Shown: positions 9,570 through 18,801 of the stretch, piece by piece
Position numbering within the stretch: the stretch's first letter is position 1
How the letters are laid out: each line of letters opens with the position of its first letter
From: Candidatus Limiplasma sp.
GTDB taxonomy: Bacteria > Bacillota > Clostridia > Christensenellales > Aristaeellaceae
DNA length: 64,000 bases
Assembly: GCA_963675925.2 (NCBI GenBank)
Contig: CAXXIB010000002.1
Span: 77,558-141,557 of the forward strand
Direction: 5' to 3'
Notes under the pieces: model-generated
Databases searched by the model: none
What the model saw: only the letters and a program-made list of their open reading frames with translations
Told to the model about the DNA's origin: nothing
Translations under genes and position numbers: made by a program

Positions 9570-10921
9570 ACACACAAACCGAAGAGAACAAACCCGCAGG
9601 CATGGAACCTAGGTTTCTGCGGCTTCTGTCTACCACCTTCCCCAAGCGCTTGTGGACGGCGATTACGCATAACATGCAATGGAAGCTGCTTGCGCTGTTT
9701 TTAGCGGTGCTGCTATGGGTGGGCCTGATTTTACAAGATCCGTCGCTGACACGTGAGCGCGTGTTTACCGATGTACCTCTATCCATTACCGGTTCGGACG
9801 TCCTGCGCCGCAACGGCTTTATTGTCACTCAGGGGCTGGAGGAGTCAAGCGCTATCGTAAAGCTCAGGGCCGATGTGCCCCAGCAGGAATTTAACGATGT
9901 CACCGCGCAGAATTACAACCCGCGTGTTGACCTGTCGCGGGTGACCGAGGCAGGCGAGCAATTCGTGAAGGTTGCTACCACGTCCTCCTCGCTTTATGGG
10001 AATGTGACCGATATTACGCCAGCAGAAATCCCCATCGTGGTAGACCAGTACATTACCAACTACCGTATTCCCGTACAGGTTTCCGTTTCGGGCGATTACC
10101 CCGATGGTTTCTACGGCACGCTTCCGGTTACGGATGTATCCACCGCTACGGTCAGCGGGCCGGAAAGCATCGTATCCAAGATTGCCAAAATTGTTTTATA
10201 TTACGATATTTCCGCACTCCAGCCGCAAGCGGCCACCCTGCAAACCGCGCTTGCGCTGCACTACATGGATATCGACAACAACGAACTGGACGCCAGACTA
10301 TTGGAGCCGACCAGCGGCGGCGTACTGCTGCGGTCTATTGTGGTCGAGCAGAAACTATACCCAGAAAAGACCCTGACCCTCAACCAAACCGCGCTGACAA
10401 CCGGCACCCCAAAAGCTGGCTATGAGGTGAAAAACGTAACCTTATCGCCGGATACGATTATCGCCGCGGGTGACGCAGCCACCTTAAGCACGCTGGATAC
10501 GCTGTTTTTGGATCAGGCCGTTGATGTGGATAAGCTGGACGCCTCCTTCACTGCCGAAATCCGAGTCTCACAGCCCGACAACATCGTGTACATGAACACC
10601 CAAACGGTCAATCTGATTGTGGATATCGGCCCGGTTTTGACAACCAAGACCTTTGACAAGATTCCGCTGTCGGTCACAGGACTGTCCGATGGTATGTCTG
10701 CCGTGCTGGAAACCACAAAAGTCAGCGTTACGCTGACAGGGCCGGAACTTTTACTCTCCGGCATCAAGTCCTCCCGCCTGACTGCCACAGTCGCTGCGGA
10801 TACGCTTTCCTCGGGAACCTTTGATCTTCCGGTGACTGTCACGCTCAAGCATGATGATGCCGACCAGTTCACCTACAGCGTCGATCCCGTGCGCGTAACC
10901 GTATCCCTGTCCGATCAATAG
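9566..10921 (+). CDS. cdaR: CdaR (YbbR-repeat regulator of CdaA)
   Basis: The start overlaps the cdaA stop by 4 nt. One N-terminal TM segment is followed by repeated YbbR-like beta modules. Confidence 0.8.
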   Translation: MNTQTEENKPAGMEPRFLRLLSTTFPKRLWTAITHNMQWKLLALFLAVLLWVGLILQDPSLTRERVFTDVPLSITGSDVLRRNGFIVTQGLEESSAIVKLRADVPQQEFNDVTAQNYNPRVDLSRVTEAGEQFVKVATTSSSLYGNVTDITPAEIPIVVDQYITNYRIPVQVSVSGDYPDGFYGTLPVTDVSTATVSGPESIVSKIAKIVLYYDISALQPQAATLQTALALHYMDIDNNELDARLLEPTSGGVLLRSIVVEQKLYPEKTLTLNQTALTTGTPKAGYEVKNVTLSPDTIIAAGDAATLSTLDTLFLDQAVDVDKLDASFTAEIRVSQPDNIVYMNTQTVNLIVDIGPVLTTKTFDKIPLSVTGLSDGMSAVLETTKVSVTLTGPELLLSGIKSSRLTATVAADTLSSGTFDLPVTVTLKHDDADQFTYSVDPVRVTVSLSDQ

Positions 10922-10945
10922 GCCGGTTCTCCGAAAGGAACGCTG

Positions 10946-11905
10946 ATGAACAGCTTCACCGATACAGTTTTAACGCTTTTGCTTGGCTGGCTACGCACGC
11001 TGCTAAACGCAGCCCGTGATTTTGTATCCAGCGATTCAAGCACGTCGTTTTTTGCGTTCTTCCAAGAGCATTGGAAGTTGCTATTTTTAGTGCTGTGCCT
11101 TGTGGGGTTTGCCTTGGATATCATCGTATATTTGGTACGCTGGCGGCCGCGCCCGGTGTGGAGCAAGCGCCGCAAGCGCGCCAGGCATCAGCCAGTGCCG
11201 CTGAACGAAAGCTACGATGGCGGCCCCTTTGACCCCGATGAATACCCGACGGGTGAATACGTTCGCGGCACTGAAACGACCTACGGCGATTATGCTGCCG
11301 AGCCCACAATGCAATACCAGATTCAGTCCAAGCAGCCCATGCAAACAGCACCGGTGACCATCCCCTATACCACACCGTACTTTGCCCCTGAAGCCAATGC
11401 CTATCAGGAAGAAATCCCACAACTCTATACCGATGATCCTACGCTGGACTTGAACTTGCAGTCAAGCGATGCCCGCCAGCAGCAGCAGTTTGCCTTTGGC
11501 ATGGAACCGTCGTTTGGCTCGGCACAATCTGAGCCCAGCTATCAGTATCCGCGGGAACATGCATCGCCTTATGCGCCCCCGCAATATGCGCCCGGCGTGC
11601 CGCCAGAGGAAAGCTTTGCACCCCGGCAGCCCGGCTTGACCCCCGATGAATTCGGTCCCCAGGGGACGCAGTCGTTTGCGCAGCCCAGCCCGTACTTCCG
11701 CCCGTTTTCCGAGCGTGGCAACGCCGACTTTGCCCCACCCAGAAGCAAGGGCTTTGGTGCTGTTGCAAAACGGGCGCGTAATCTTTTGAATACCGACGAA
11801 GAATCCGAAGCCGTTTCCTACAGAGATTTTCAGCCGACGGTTGATGTATCCAAAGCATTCCATTCGCCGGTGTACCCCGAAAAGAAGTCCGAAGGAGACG
11901 CATGA
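10946..11905 (+). CDS. Hypothetical membrane-anchored protein with a long Pro/Tyr/Gln/Glu-rich low-complexity tail
   Basis: Two N-terminal hydrophobic segments are followed by about 240 aa with no recognisable fold (PYTTPYFAPEANAYQEEIPQLY, SEPSYQYPREHASPYAPPQYAPGVPPEE). An SD (AAAGGA) lies upstream, and the gene starts 24 nt after cdaR. Confidence 0.6.
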   Translation: MNSFTDTVLTLLLGWLRTLLNAARDFVSSDSSTSFFAFFQEHWKLLFLVLCLVGFALDIIVYLVRWRPRPVWSKRRKRARHQPVPLNESYDGGPFDPDEYPTGEYVRGTETTYGDYAAEPTMQYQIQSKQPMQTAPVTIPYTTPYFAPEANAYQEEIPQLYTDDPTLDLNLQSSDARQQQQFAFGMEPSFGSAQSEPSYQYPREHASPYAPPQYAPGVPPEESFAPRQPGLTPDEFGPQGTQSFAQPSPYFRPFSERGNADFAPPRSKGFGAVAKRARNLLNTDEESEAVSYRDFQPTVDVSKAFHSPVYPEKKSEGDA

Positions 11906-11906
11906 T

Positions 11907-12602
11907 TTGCTAAGCGAGTTTAAATATATCGTACTGATTGGTCATTTTGGCAGCGGGAAAACAGAACTTTCGTTAGCAATCGCCAGAAAGCTTACGCAAA
12001 CAGACGGCCGCACGGCGCTGGTGGATTTGGATATCGTCAATCCGTATTTCCGCAGTTCAGACCATGATACACTGCTTGCCAGCGAAGGCATTGATGTGAT
12101 TGCGCCGTCCTTTGCCCATTCCACCGTGGATGTACCGGCGCTGTCTGCCAATATACACAAGGTGTTTGATGCGAATCGCTACGCCCATGTCGTGTTCGAT
12201 GTTGGCGGCGATCCGGCCGGTGCGACCGCGCTTGGGCGCTATCATCCCTATTTTGAAGCCGTCCGCGATCAGATGTGCGTTTTGTATGTGGTCAATCCCC
12301 TGCGCCCGATGACCGATACCACGGACGATATCTGTTCGCTGCTATCGAACATGGAAGCCCGCGCCCGCTTGCAGGCTGATATGCTGGTCAATAACGCCAA
12401 TCTTCAACGCCAGACCACGGCGCAGCATCTGATAGAGACACAAACGCTATTAGAGCAGGCCTCTAAACATATCGGCATTCCTATCGGCATGGTCGCTGGG
12501 TACAGTCATTTGCAATCCGAGCTGCCCCCCGCGATGCAGGACATCTACTTCCCCATCGAACCCATGATGCTTCCGGACTGGCTGGAGGACGATACTGTAT
12601 GA
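11907..12602 (+). CDS. P-loop NTPase (SIMIBI class; G3E/GPN/CooC-like), function unknown
   Basis: A TTG start follows GAAGGAGAC. Motifs present are Walker A GHFGSGKT, VDLDIVNPYF, a DxxG-like FDVGGD, and LVNNANL in the NKxD position. Confidence 0.65.
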   Translation: MLSEFKYIVLIGHFGSGKTELSLAIARKLTQTDGRTALVDLDIVNPYFRSSDHDTLLASEGIDVIAPSFAHSTVDVPALSANIHKVFDANRYAHVVFDVGGDPAGATALGRYHPYFEAVRDQMCVLYVVNPLRPMTDTTDDICSLLSNMEARARLQADMLVNNANLQRQTTAQHLIETQTLLEQASKHIGIPIGMVAGYSHLQSELPPAMQDIYFPIEPMMLPDWLEDDTV

Positions 12603-13955
12603 TTCCGCTCCCTCCTGCGTTCGCCCAAAAGATGCAAGCTGAGCTGGGCGCGGACGCGGATACTTACTTTGCTTCTTTAGAAAAGCTCTATGTTCGTGGT
12701 CTGCGCATCAATCCCCTGAAAACGCCGGATGTACCCATCAATACGCTAATCCAGGATCTGGCAACGCCAATCCCCTGGGCGGACGATGCCTACGAACTGG
12801 AGATTAACAGCCCGGCAGGCAGCCACCTGCTGCACGCCTGCGGGGCTTATTATTTGCAGGAACCCAGCGCCATGCTGCCGGCAAGCCTGCTTAAGGCACA
12901 GCCCAGTGAGACTGTGCTGGACCTTTGCGCCGCACCGGGCGGGAAAAGCACGCAACTGGCCGCGCAAATGCGCGGGCAGGGAACGCTGGTGTGCAACGAG
13001 ATCGTTCGCTCTCGCGCCGCTGTGCTCAGCGGCAACCTGGAGCGCATGGGCGTTTGCAATGCGCTGGTGGTCTCCCAAAACCCCGAAACGCTTGCCCATC
13101 GGTGGCCCGGATTGTTTGACGCGATTCTTGTTGACGCGCCTTGCAGCGGCGAGGGAATGTTCCGGCGGCATCCCGAAGCACGCCTGGAATGGGATGCACA
13201 ATCCCCGCAGCGCTGCGCAATCCGCCAGCGATTGATCTTGAACAGTGCCGCCAGCATGCTGAAACCCGGCGGACGGCTGTGCTACTCGACCTGTACCTTT
13301 AACCGGGAAGAAAACGAGGATACAATCCACGCCTTTTTAGCAGCGCATCCGGAGTTTAAACCGCTTGTGTTTTCCGTGCCCCTTGCAAACGGAAAAACGC
13401 TGTCGTCACAAAGCGGCTGCGTGCGGCTATATCCACACACCGTGGATGGCGAAGGGCATTTTGCCGCGTTGCTGCAAAAAACCGGCACGCATGAAAACGA
13501 GGCTTCCCCTGTCACTTTACAAGCCGCCCAGCAGCTGTTTGAAAAACCAAGCGCCAAGGACATCGCACTATATACAGGCATTTGCCAGCGATGTTTCCCT
13601 CGCTGACCCACCCAAGGCAAACGCCCTGCTTGGCAACCTGCTTATTTCCGCACCGGAACTGCCGCCCTTACAGGGGCTCAAGGTCTATCGTGCAGGGTTA
13701 TCATTAGGCCGGGTGAAGGGTACCGTATTCTTGCCCGATCACGCACTGGCACTGGCCGCGCCGCCGCTTCCTATACGTTCTCTTGCGCTTGACGATGCAC
13801 AAACTGCGCAATACCTGCGCGGCGAAGTGCTTACTGCCAGCGATATGGAGCGCGGCTTTTGGGCCGTGACAACAGGCGGCCTACCACTGGGCTTTGTCAA
13901 GCACAGCGATGGACAGCTAAAAAACCATTATCCCAAAGGATTGCGAAAGCGGTAA
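12599..13955 (+). pseudogene. RsmB/RsmF-type rRNA m5C methyltransferase (NOL1/NOP2/Sun) with a C-terminal PUA-like domain; frameshifted as assembled
   Basis: The catalytic core has DLCAAPGGKS, DAPCSGEGMFRR and YSTCT. The C-terminal domain (LKVYRAGLSLGRVKG..FLPDHALALA...GFVKHSDGQLKNHYPKGLR) is in ORF 13365..13955. The frame switch lies within about 13540..13575, which includes an AAAAA run. Confidence 0.85.
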
Positions 13956-13979
13956 CCGATAGCGGTTACCGCTTCTTTA
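13949..13979. terminator. Bidirectional terminator hairpin between the convergent rsmB/F-like gene and holA
   Basis: The hairpin GCGGTAACC-gatagc-GGTTACCGC overlaps the stop codon and is followed by TTCTTT. Confidence 0.55.
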
Positions 13980-13995
13980 GTATTCACTATTTCGC

Positions 13996-15009
13996 CTATT
14001 CGAGCAGCGCTTTCATCTGTAGCAGCGCAGCTTCTGCGCTGCCATCCTGCGGCAGCCTGCCGGATTTCAAGCGAAACTCAAAATCCAACAAATAATCATA
14101 CACCGCTTTCAGCTTTTCCTTGCTGTAGCGCATGGCCTGGCTTTGCATACGGCGCACCGCAAACGGCGGAATTTTAAGCAGCGAGGCCAGTTCCCCCTGC
14201 GGCGTTCGTTCCTCCAGCAGACAGCGCATCTGGTACAGGAGCCGGTATTGCCTAAGCAGCATTGCCAGAATCATCATTCTGTCTTCACCACCGGAAAGTA
14301 CCCGATGCATGAGCTGAAATGCCTGCCCGTAATCGCCCGCCACTTGCGCATCCACCATTTCAAACACGGTTGATTCCAGCGACTGCACGGTAATCACAGC
14401 AATGTCTTTTGCGGTCACCGTATCGCGGTCACCCGCATAATCGGCAAGCTTTTCCAGTTCCTGTTTCAGCAGCGATGCATCGTTGCCTACGGTGAATAAA
14501 AAGCGCTCCGCTACAGCTGCCGACATGGTTTTACCGAGTGCGCGCATGGTGCGGATAATCCAGTCAATCGCCTGCGGCTCGTTCATGGCCGAAAATTCGA
14601 CGATCGCTTTTTCACCCTTCAAAAACGTATACAGCTTCTTCCGCTTGTCCGCCTTGCCTTTGACCACAAAAACCAGACAGGTGCTCTCCGAAGGTGTACG
14701 TAGGTACTCCATCACCCTGTCAACATCCTCATCCCCGCCGCTCTTCCCCGAAGCAAGCGGCGCAAATCCGCGCACCAACACCACACGCCTGTCGGCCATT
14801 ACCGGCAGCGTTTCTGCTGCGGCAATCAGCTCATCGGCTGCGGGCGCTACCAGTTCGGTCAGGTTCATGGCTTCCAACCCGGCGGGCAGAGCGCGGCTGC
14901 ACAGGGTTTTAATCGCCTGCGCTTTAATATATTCCTCTTCCCCCTCAAACACATACACGGGCTTAAGCTCGCTTTTCTTCAGGGCATCAAAAAAACTTAG
15001 ATAGTTCAC
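13996..15009 (-). CDS. holA: DNA polymerase III subunit delta
   Basis: The 337-aa protein starts ...LKPVYVFEGEEEYIK. Its position after comEC is conserved in Firmicutes. Confidence 0.88.
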   Translation of the reverse strand: MNYLSFFDALKKSELKPVYVFEGEEEYIKAQAIKTLCSRALPAGLEAMNLTELVAPAADELIAAAETLPVMADRRVVLVRGFAPLASGKSGGDEDVDRVMEYLRTPSESTCLVFVVKGKADKRKKLYTFLKGEKAIVEFSAMNEPQAIDWIIRTMRALGKTMSAAVAERFLFTVGNDASLLKQELEKLADYAGDRDTVTAKDIAVITVQSLESTVFEMVDAQVAGDYGQAFQLMHRVLSGGEDRMMILAMLLRQYRLLYQMRCLLEERTPQGELASLLKIPPFAVRRMQSQAMRYSKEKLKAVYDYLLDFEFRLKSGRLPQDGSAEAALLQMKALLE

Positions 15010-17369
15010 TGTGTTCCCTCCGGGATATAGCGATAGGCGCGGTAGCCGCCGGGTGTTGGGACGATGGTAATCTCTCCGGCCTCATCGGTAGACCAAACGG
15101 ATGTATTATACGTGGATAACCTCTCCAGCGTTGCTGCCGCCGGTAAATTGTCCGTCCGTTCACTGACAATCGCCAACGAAGGCGTAACAAGTGCTAAAAA
15201 GGGTTCCCCCGTTCCGCTCTTGCTACCATGATGGCCGACCTTGAGGATATCCGCCGGTACAGCAGCATAGCGTTCATACAGAAAGCCGTTGTCTCCCATC
15301 CCCAGTATGCGCAGATCTTTCAGCGTAATCAACATGGCGATGGAGCGATCATTGGGCTCAACGCCTCTGCGGGTATACCCCGGCTCAGGCCAGCGTATCT
15401 CTATGCTAGTTTCGTGAAACCGTAGGGTATCTCCTGCCCCAAGCGTGGTCACCGGAATGCCCTGCTCGGCCAGCGTTTTCAGAACCGACAGGGTTTCGCT
15501 GCTATAGCCATGCAAACTATAGTCTACAGGCACATACACATGCCCAATCGCGATGCCGTTTGCAAGTATCGTCTCCACGCCCCCGGCATGGTCAGCGTGC
15601 AGGTGTGTTAAAATCAGCGCGTCCAAATCCCGCCCCTCCGCTAGCAGCCGGTTGACCATCTCATTGCCGGTTTTGCCTGTGTCAATCCCGATGGTCTTGT
15701 TTCCATCAATAATCAGCGCCGCATCAGCCCAGCCCACGGATAACTGATGGTAACGTACAGGCGGCGGCGCGTTGAGCACAGACCCTGTAACGGCTATTAC
15801 GATCACGATCCCAGCGGCAAGCAGCCGTTTTCGTACCGACGTGCGGATCAAATGCGAGCCCAGCACAGCGATACACAGTGCTGCAATACACACCCAGCCA
15901 TTCGGCATGGCCATGCGAACGCTGGACAATGGCATGGTTTGCGGCGTTCGGACCATCCATAACAGTGCTTCCCCGCCAAGCCGCACAGCCTCGCCAAGAA
16001 TCGGCCCCAACCAGCCGCCCAGCCACGGAATCCACACAACAATCGCCGTCAATGCATACAGCGGCACCAAAATCCCGACCAATGGTACGATGAACAGGTT
16101 AAATGACAAGCTGTAGGGATACAGCGCATGGTAATACGCTGCGATTGGCAGCAGTACGCCAAGCTGCGCCGAAAGCGATACCGCCAGCAGTTGTTTGAAG
16201 CGCCGCATGATGCGCTGTGCAATCATTTTACGTTTCTGTTCTTTTTTCACCTTCACGGGTTTCCAAACACGATCCAGCCCCTGCATCAGGCGCGGGTACA
16301 GCAGCGTAATCCCTCCGATAGCGGAAAACGATAGCACAAACCCTGCTGAAAACAATTGCAGAGGGTTGATGATCAGCACGATCAGCATAGCGGTAGAAAT
16401 CACCGTGACCGGATTGGGCTTGCGACCGAACGCACCACCGATCACCCACAGCAGTATCATCACCGCTGCCCTAAGCGACGATACAGCAAACCCCGTTACA
16501 CCGCAGTACAAAAGCAGAAATATGGCCAGTACTGGAATTTGCCGAGTTTTACGAAGGCGCAAACGTCGAAGTATCCACAGCAGTACCGCAGATAAAATCC
16601 CAACATGCAAGCCCGATACCGCCATTACATGTGCAACCCCTGCCTGCTGAAACGCGGCGTAATCTTCCTCCGCCAGTGCTGACCGCTCCCCAAGCAGCAT
16701 TGCCACCGCTAAGTCCGCCCGTTCCCCTGCTACAGGGGCGAGCTTTGCATAGCAGGCATCCGCAATGCGCTGTGCATAGTCCGCCCAGCGGTTTGGCCCC
16801 GGAAGAATCTCGATATCCTTGATCCCGCTGATGCCATAGTGCATGCCGTTTGTGAGCATCCACAGCCGGAAATCGAAATCATACCGGTTATCTTTGGGAT
16901 AGGGTGTATACACCTTTCCCGAAAAACGGATCGTCTGTCCGTCAAATAGCTGCACAGGAATATCACCTGTATTGACATACACAGTACCATAGGCCATGCC
17001 GGACTGTGCCGCGCCCTCCAGCGCAATATCCGTGAGCCGAACCGATACATTGCCGGCACTGCTGAGTTTAGAATCCCCGTAGACCGTCGCGGTAATGGTC
17101 TCATACTTTCCTTCTGGCGGCGCTACCGGGTGCAGCCACAGCATCGTCCAGAGCATGGCAAGCAGCAGCGCTAGCGGCAGTAATACCAAACGGTATGGGA
17201 GACGCAGCAAGCGCAGCGGAAACAGCAGCAGCGCCACGCCCGGCAGCAACCATAACGGCCACAGCCCCGGCGTTACCCGCGTAGCCAGCCAGATGCCCGC
17301 AATAAAAAAGCCCGCAAGCGCAGGCAAAAACAAGTTACGTTCGGTGGAAAAAGCAAAACGCTTCCTCAT
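15006..17369 (-). CDS. comEC: DNA internalisation competence protein ComEC/Rec2 (with MBL-fold domain)
   Basis: The 787-aa polytopic protein has a Competence domain and a C-terminal metallo-beta-lactamase motif, LTHLHADHAGG. Confidence 0.9.
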   Translation of the reverse strand: MRKRFAFSTERNLFLPALAGFFIAGIWLATRVTPGLWPLWLLPGVALLLFPLRLLRLPYRLVLLPLALLLAMLWTMLWLHPVAPPEGKYETITATVYGDSKLSSAGNVSVRLTDIALEGAAQSGMAYGTVYVNTGDIPVQLFDGQTIRFSGKVYTPYPKDNRYDFDFRLWMLTNGMHYGISGIKDIEILPGPNRWADYAQRIADACYAKLAPVAGERADLAVAMLLGERSALAEEDYAAFQQAGVAHVMAVSGLHVGILSAVLLWILRRLRLRKTRQIPVLAIFLLLYCGVTGFAVSSLRAAVMILLWVIGGAFGRKPNPVTVISTAMLIVLIINPLQLFSAGFVLSFSAIGGITLLYPRLMQGLDRVWKPVKVKKEQKRKMIAQRIMRRFKQLLAVSLSAQLGVLLPIAAYYHALYPYSLSFNLFIVPLVGILVPLYALTAIVVWIPWLGGWLGPILGEAVRLGGEALLWMVRTPQTMPLSSVRMAMPNGWVCIAALCIAVLGSHLIRTSVRKRLLAAGIVIVIAVTGSVLNAPPPVRYHQLSVGWADAALIIDGNKTIGIDTGKTGNEMVNRLLAEGRDLDALILTHLHADHAGGVETILANGIAIGHVYVPVDYSLHGYSSETLSVLKTLAEQGIPVTTLGAGDTLRFHETSIEIRWPEPGYTRRGVEPNDRSIAMLITLKDLRILGMGDNGFLYERYAAVPADILKVGHHGSKSGTGEPFLALVTPSLAIVSERTDNLPAAATLERLSTYNTSVWSTDEAGEITIVPTPGGYRAYRYIPEGTQ

Positions 17370-17845
17370 GCCATAGTTTCCAGCAAGCAGACTGCGTATG
17401 CTGTAATTCCCTTCTCCTCGCCTTCAAACCCCAGATGCTCGGTTGTCGTTGCTTTGACACTGACCCCATCCACAGGGATATGCATGCAGCTTGCCAGGGT
17501 TTCACGCATCACAGGGATATACGCTGCCAGCTTGGGGCGCTGGGCGGCGATGGTGATATCGACATTCACAGGCGTATAGCGCTTTTCAGTGATCTGGTGC
17601 ATGACCTCTTCCAACAGTTTTAAAGAAGATATGCCCCGATATTGACCATCGGTATCGGGAAACAGCTTGCCGATGTCACCCAGCGCCAGTGCGCCAAGCA
17701 ACGCGTCCATCAGGGCGTGCACGGCGACGTCCGCGTCCGAATGACCGGCCAGACCCTTTTCATGCGGAACATCGACACCGCAGAGGATGAGCTTGCGCCC
17801 CGCCTCCAGTGCGTGAACATCCATACCGAATCCGATCCGCGTCAT
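17366..17845 (-). CDS. ispF: 2-C-methyl-D-erythritol 2,4-cyclodiphosphate synthase
   Basis: The sequence is IGFGMDVHAL...GHSDADVAVHALMDALLGA..LGDIGKLFPDTD. Confidence 0.95.
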   Translation of the reverse strand: MTRIGFGMDVHALEAGRKLILCGVDVPHEKGLAGHSDADVAVHALMDALLGALALGDIGKLFPDTDGQYRGISSLKLLEEVMHQITEKRYTPVNVDITIAAQRPKLAAYIPVMRETLASCMHIPVDGVSVKATTTEHLGFEGEEKGITAYAVCLLETMA

Positions 17846-18528
17846 GCGCTCTCATCCTCCAGTATTGTAAGGGCCAATTGCAGGTCAAACGCCGTTGTCA
17901 GTTTAATGTTGCGGCGGCTGCCCTCGGTGACAAACACCGGCAGCCCAGCATGTTCCAGCAGTGCAGCATCGTCGGTACCCAGATAACCGTCCGCCTGTGC
18001 GACCGCGTGTGCTTTTTGAATTAATGCTAGCTGGAACGCCTGCGGTGTTTGCATGGCGCGCAGATTGCTGCGGTTTAGGGTTTCAACAACCACGCCTGTA
18101 TCATCCACACGTTTAACCGTATCGTGCACCGCGACCGAGGCAATGCCGGAGCCGTGTTCCTGCGCAGATTGCAGCGCGCGGGTGATGATATCCTCCGTCA
18201 CTAGGGCGCGTGCGCCATCGTGAATGAGCACAATGTCCGTGTCCTCCGGCAGGGCTTGCAGGCCGTTATAGACCGAAGCCTGGCGCGTATCACTGCCCTC
18301 GACGATGTTTGTCACAAACCGCGAAAGCCCGTACTTTCGTACCACGGCTTCCATCGCGGAAACCTCGCCCGGTCTGGCGACGATCACCGCACCGGCGCAG
18401 ATGCCGGTAAACGGTACGGCGGCGCGTACAATGGCCGGGATGCCGCGGATGGGCAGGAGGACTTTGTTTTCCTCCCCGCCCATACGGCTTCCACTGCCAG
18501 CGCCCAGTAGTAACGCGTATGCTTTCAT
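17842..18528 (-). CDS. ispD: 2-C-methyl-D-erythritol 4-phosphate cytidylyltransferase
   Basis: The sequence is LLLGAGSGSRMG...NKVLLPI..., and the stop overlaps the ispF start. Confidence 0.92.
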   Translation of the reverse strand: MKAYALLLGAGSGSRMGGEENKVLLPIRGIPAIVRAAVPFTGICAGAVIVARPGEVSAMEAVVRKYGLSRFVTNIVEGSDTRQASVYNGLQALPEDTDIVLIHDGARALVTEDIITRALQSAQEHGSGIASVAVHDTVKRVDDTGVVVETLNRSNLRAMQTPQAFQLALIQKAHAVAQADGYLGTDDAALLEHAGLPVFVTEGSRRNIKLTTAFDLQLALTILEDESA

Positions 18529-18800
18529 CAGCCGCGCTCCGCCCGAACCGCGTCGTCTTCTTCCACAACCTCATACAGGTCGGCCGCACCTTCCTTGCGT
18601 ACGGTTTCTTTCACATCCAGAATGCGGTACTTCCCGACCCGGTTACCAAAGCGTATCTCCATCACATCGCCGGGCTTTACATCCGCCCCGGGCTTGGCCG
18701 TGCGGCCGTTCAGGCTCACGCGGCCACCGGAACAGGCATCGTTAGCCACTGTGCGGCGCTTGATGATGCGCGATACTTTCAGGAATTTATCCAGTCGCAT
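18528..18800 (-). CDS. RNA-binding S4-domain protein (YabO/Hsp15-like)
   Basis: The start is taken at MRLDKFLKVSRIIKRRTVANDAC..GRV.LNGR.AKP. This ATG lies 1 nt after the pepV stop. Confidence 0.85.
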   Translation of the reverse strand: MRLDKFLKVSRIIKRRTVANDACSGGRVSLNGRTAKPGADVKPGDVMEIRFGNRVGKYRILDVKETVRKEGAADLYEVVEEDDAVRAERG

Positions 18801-18801
18801 A

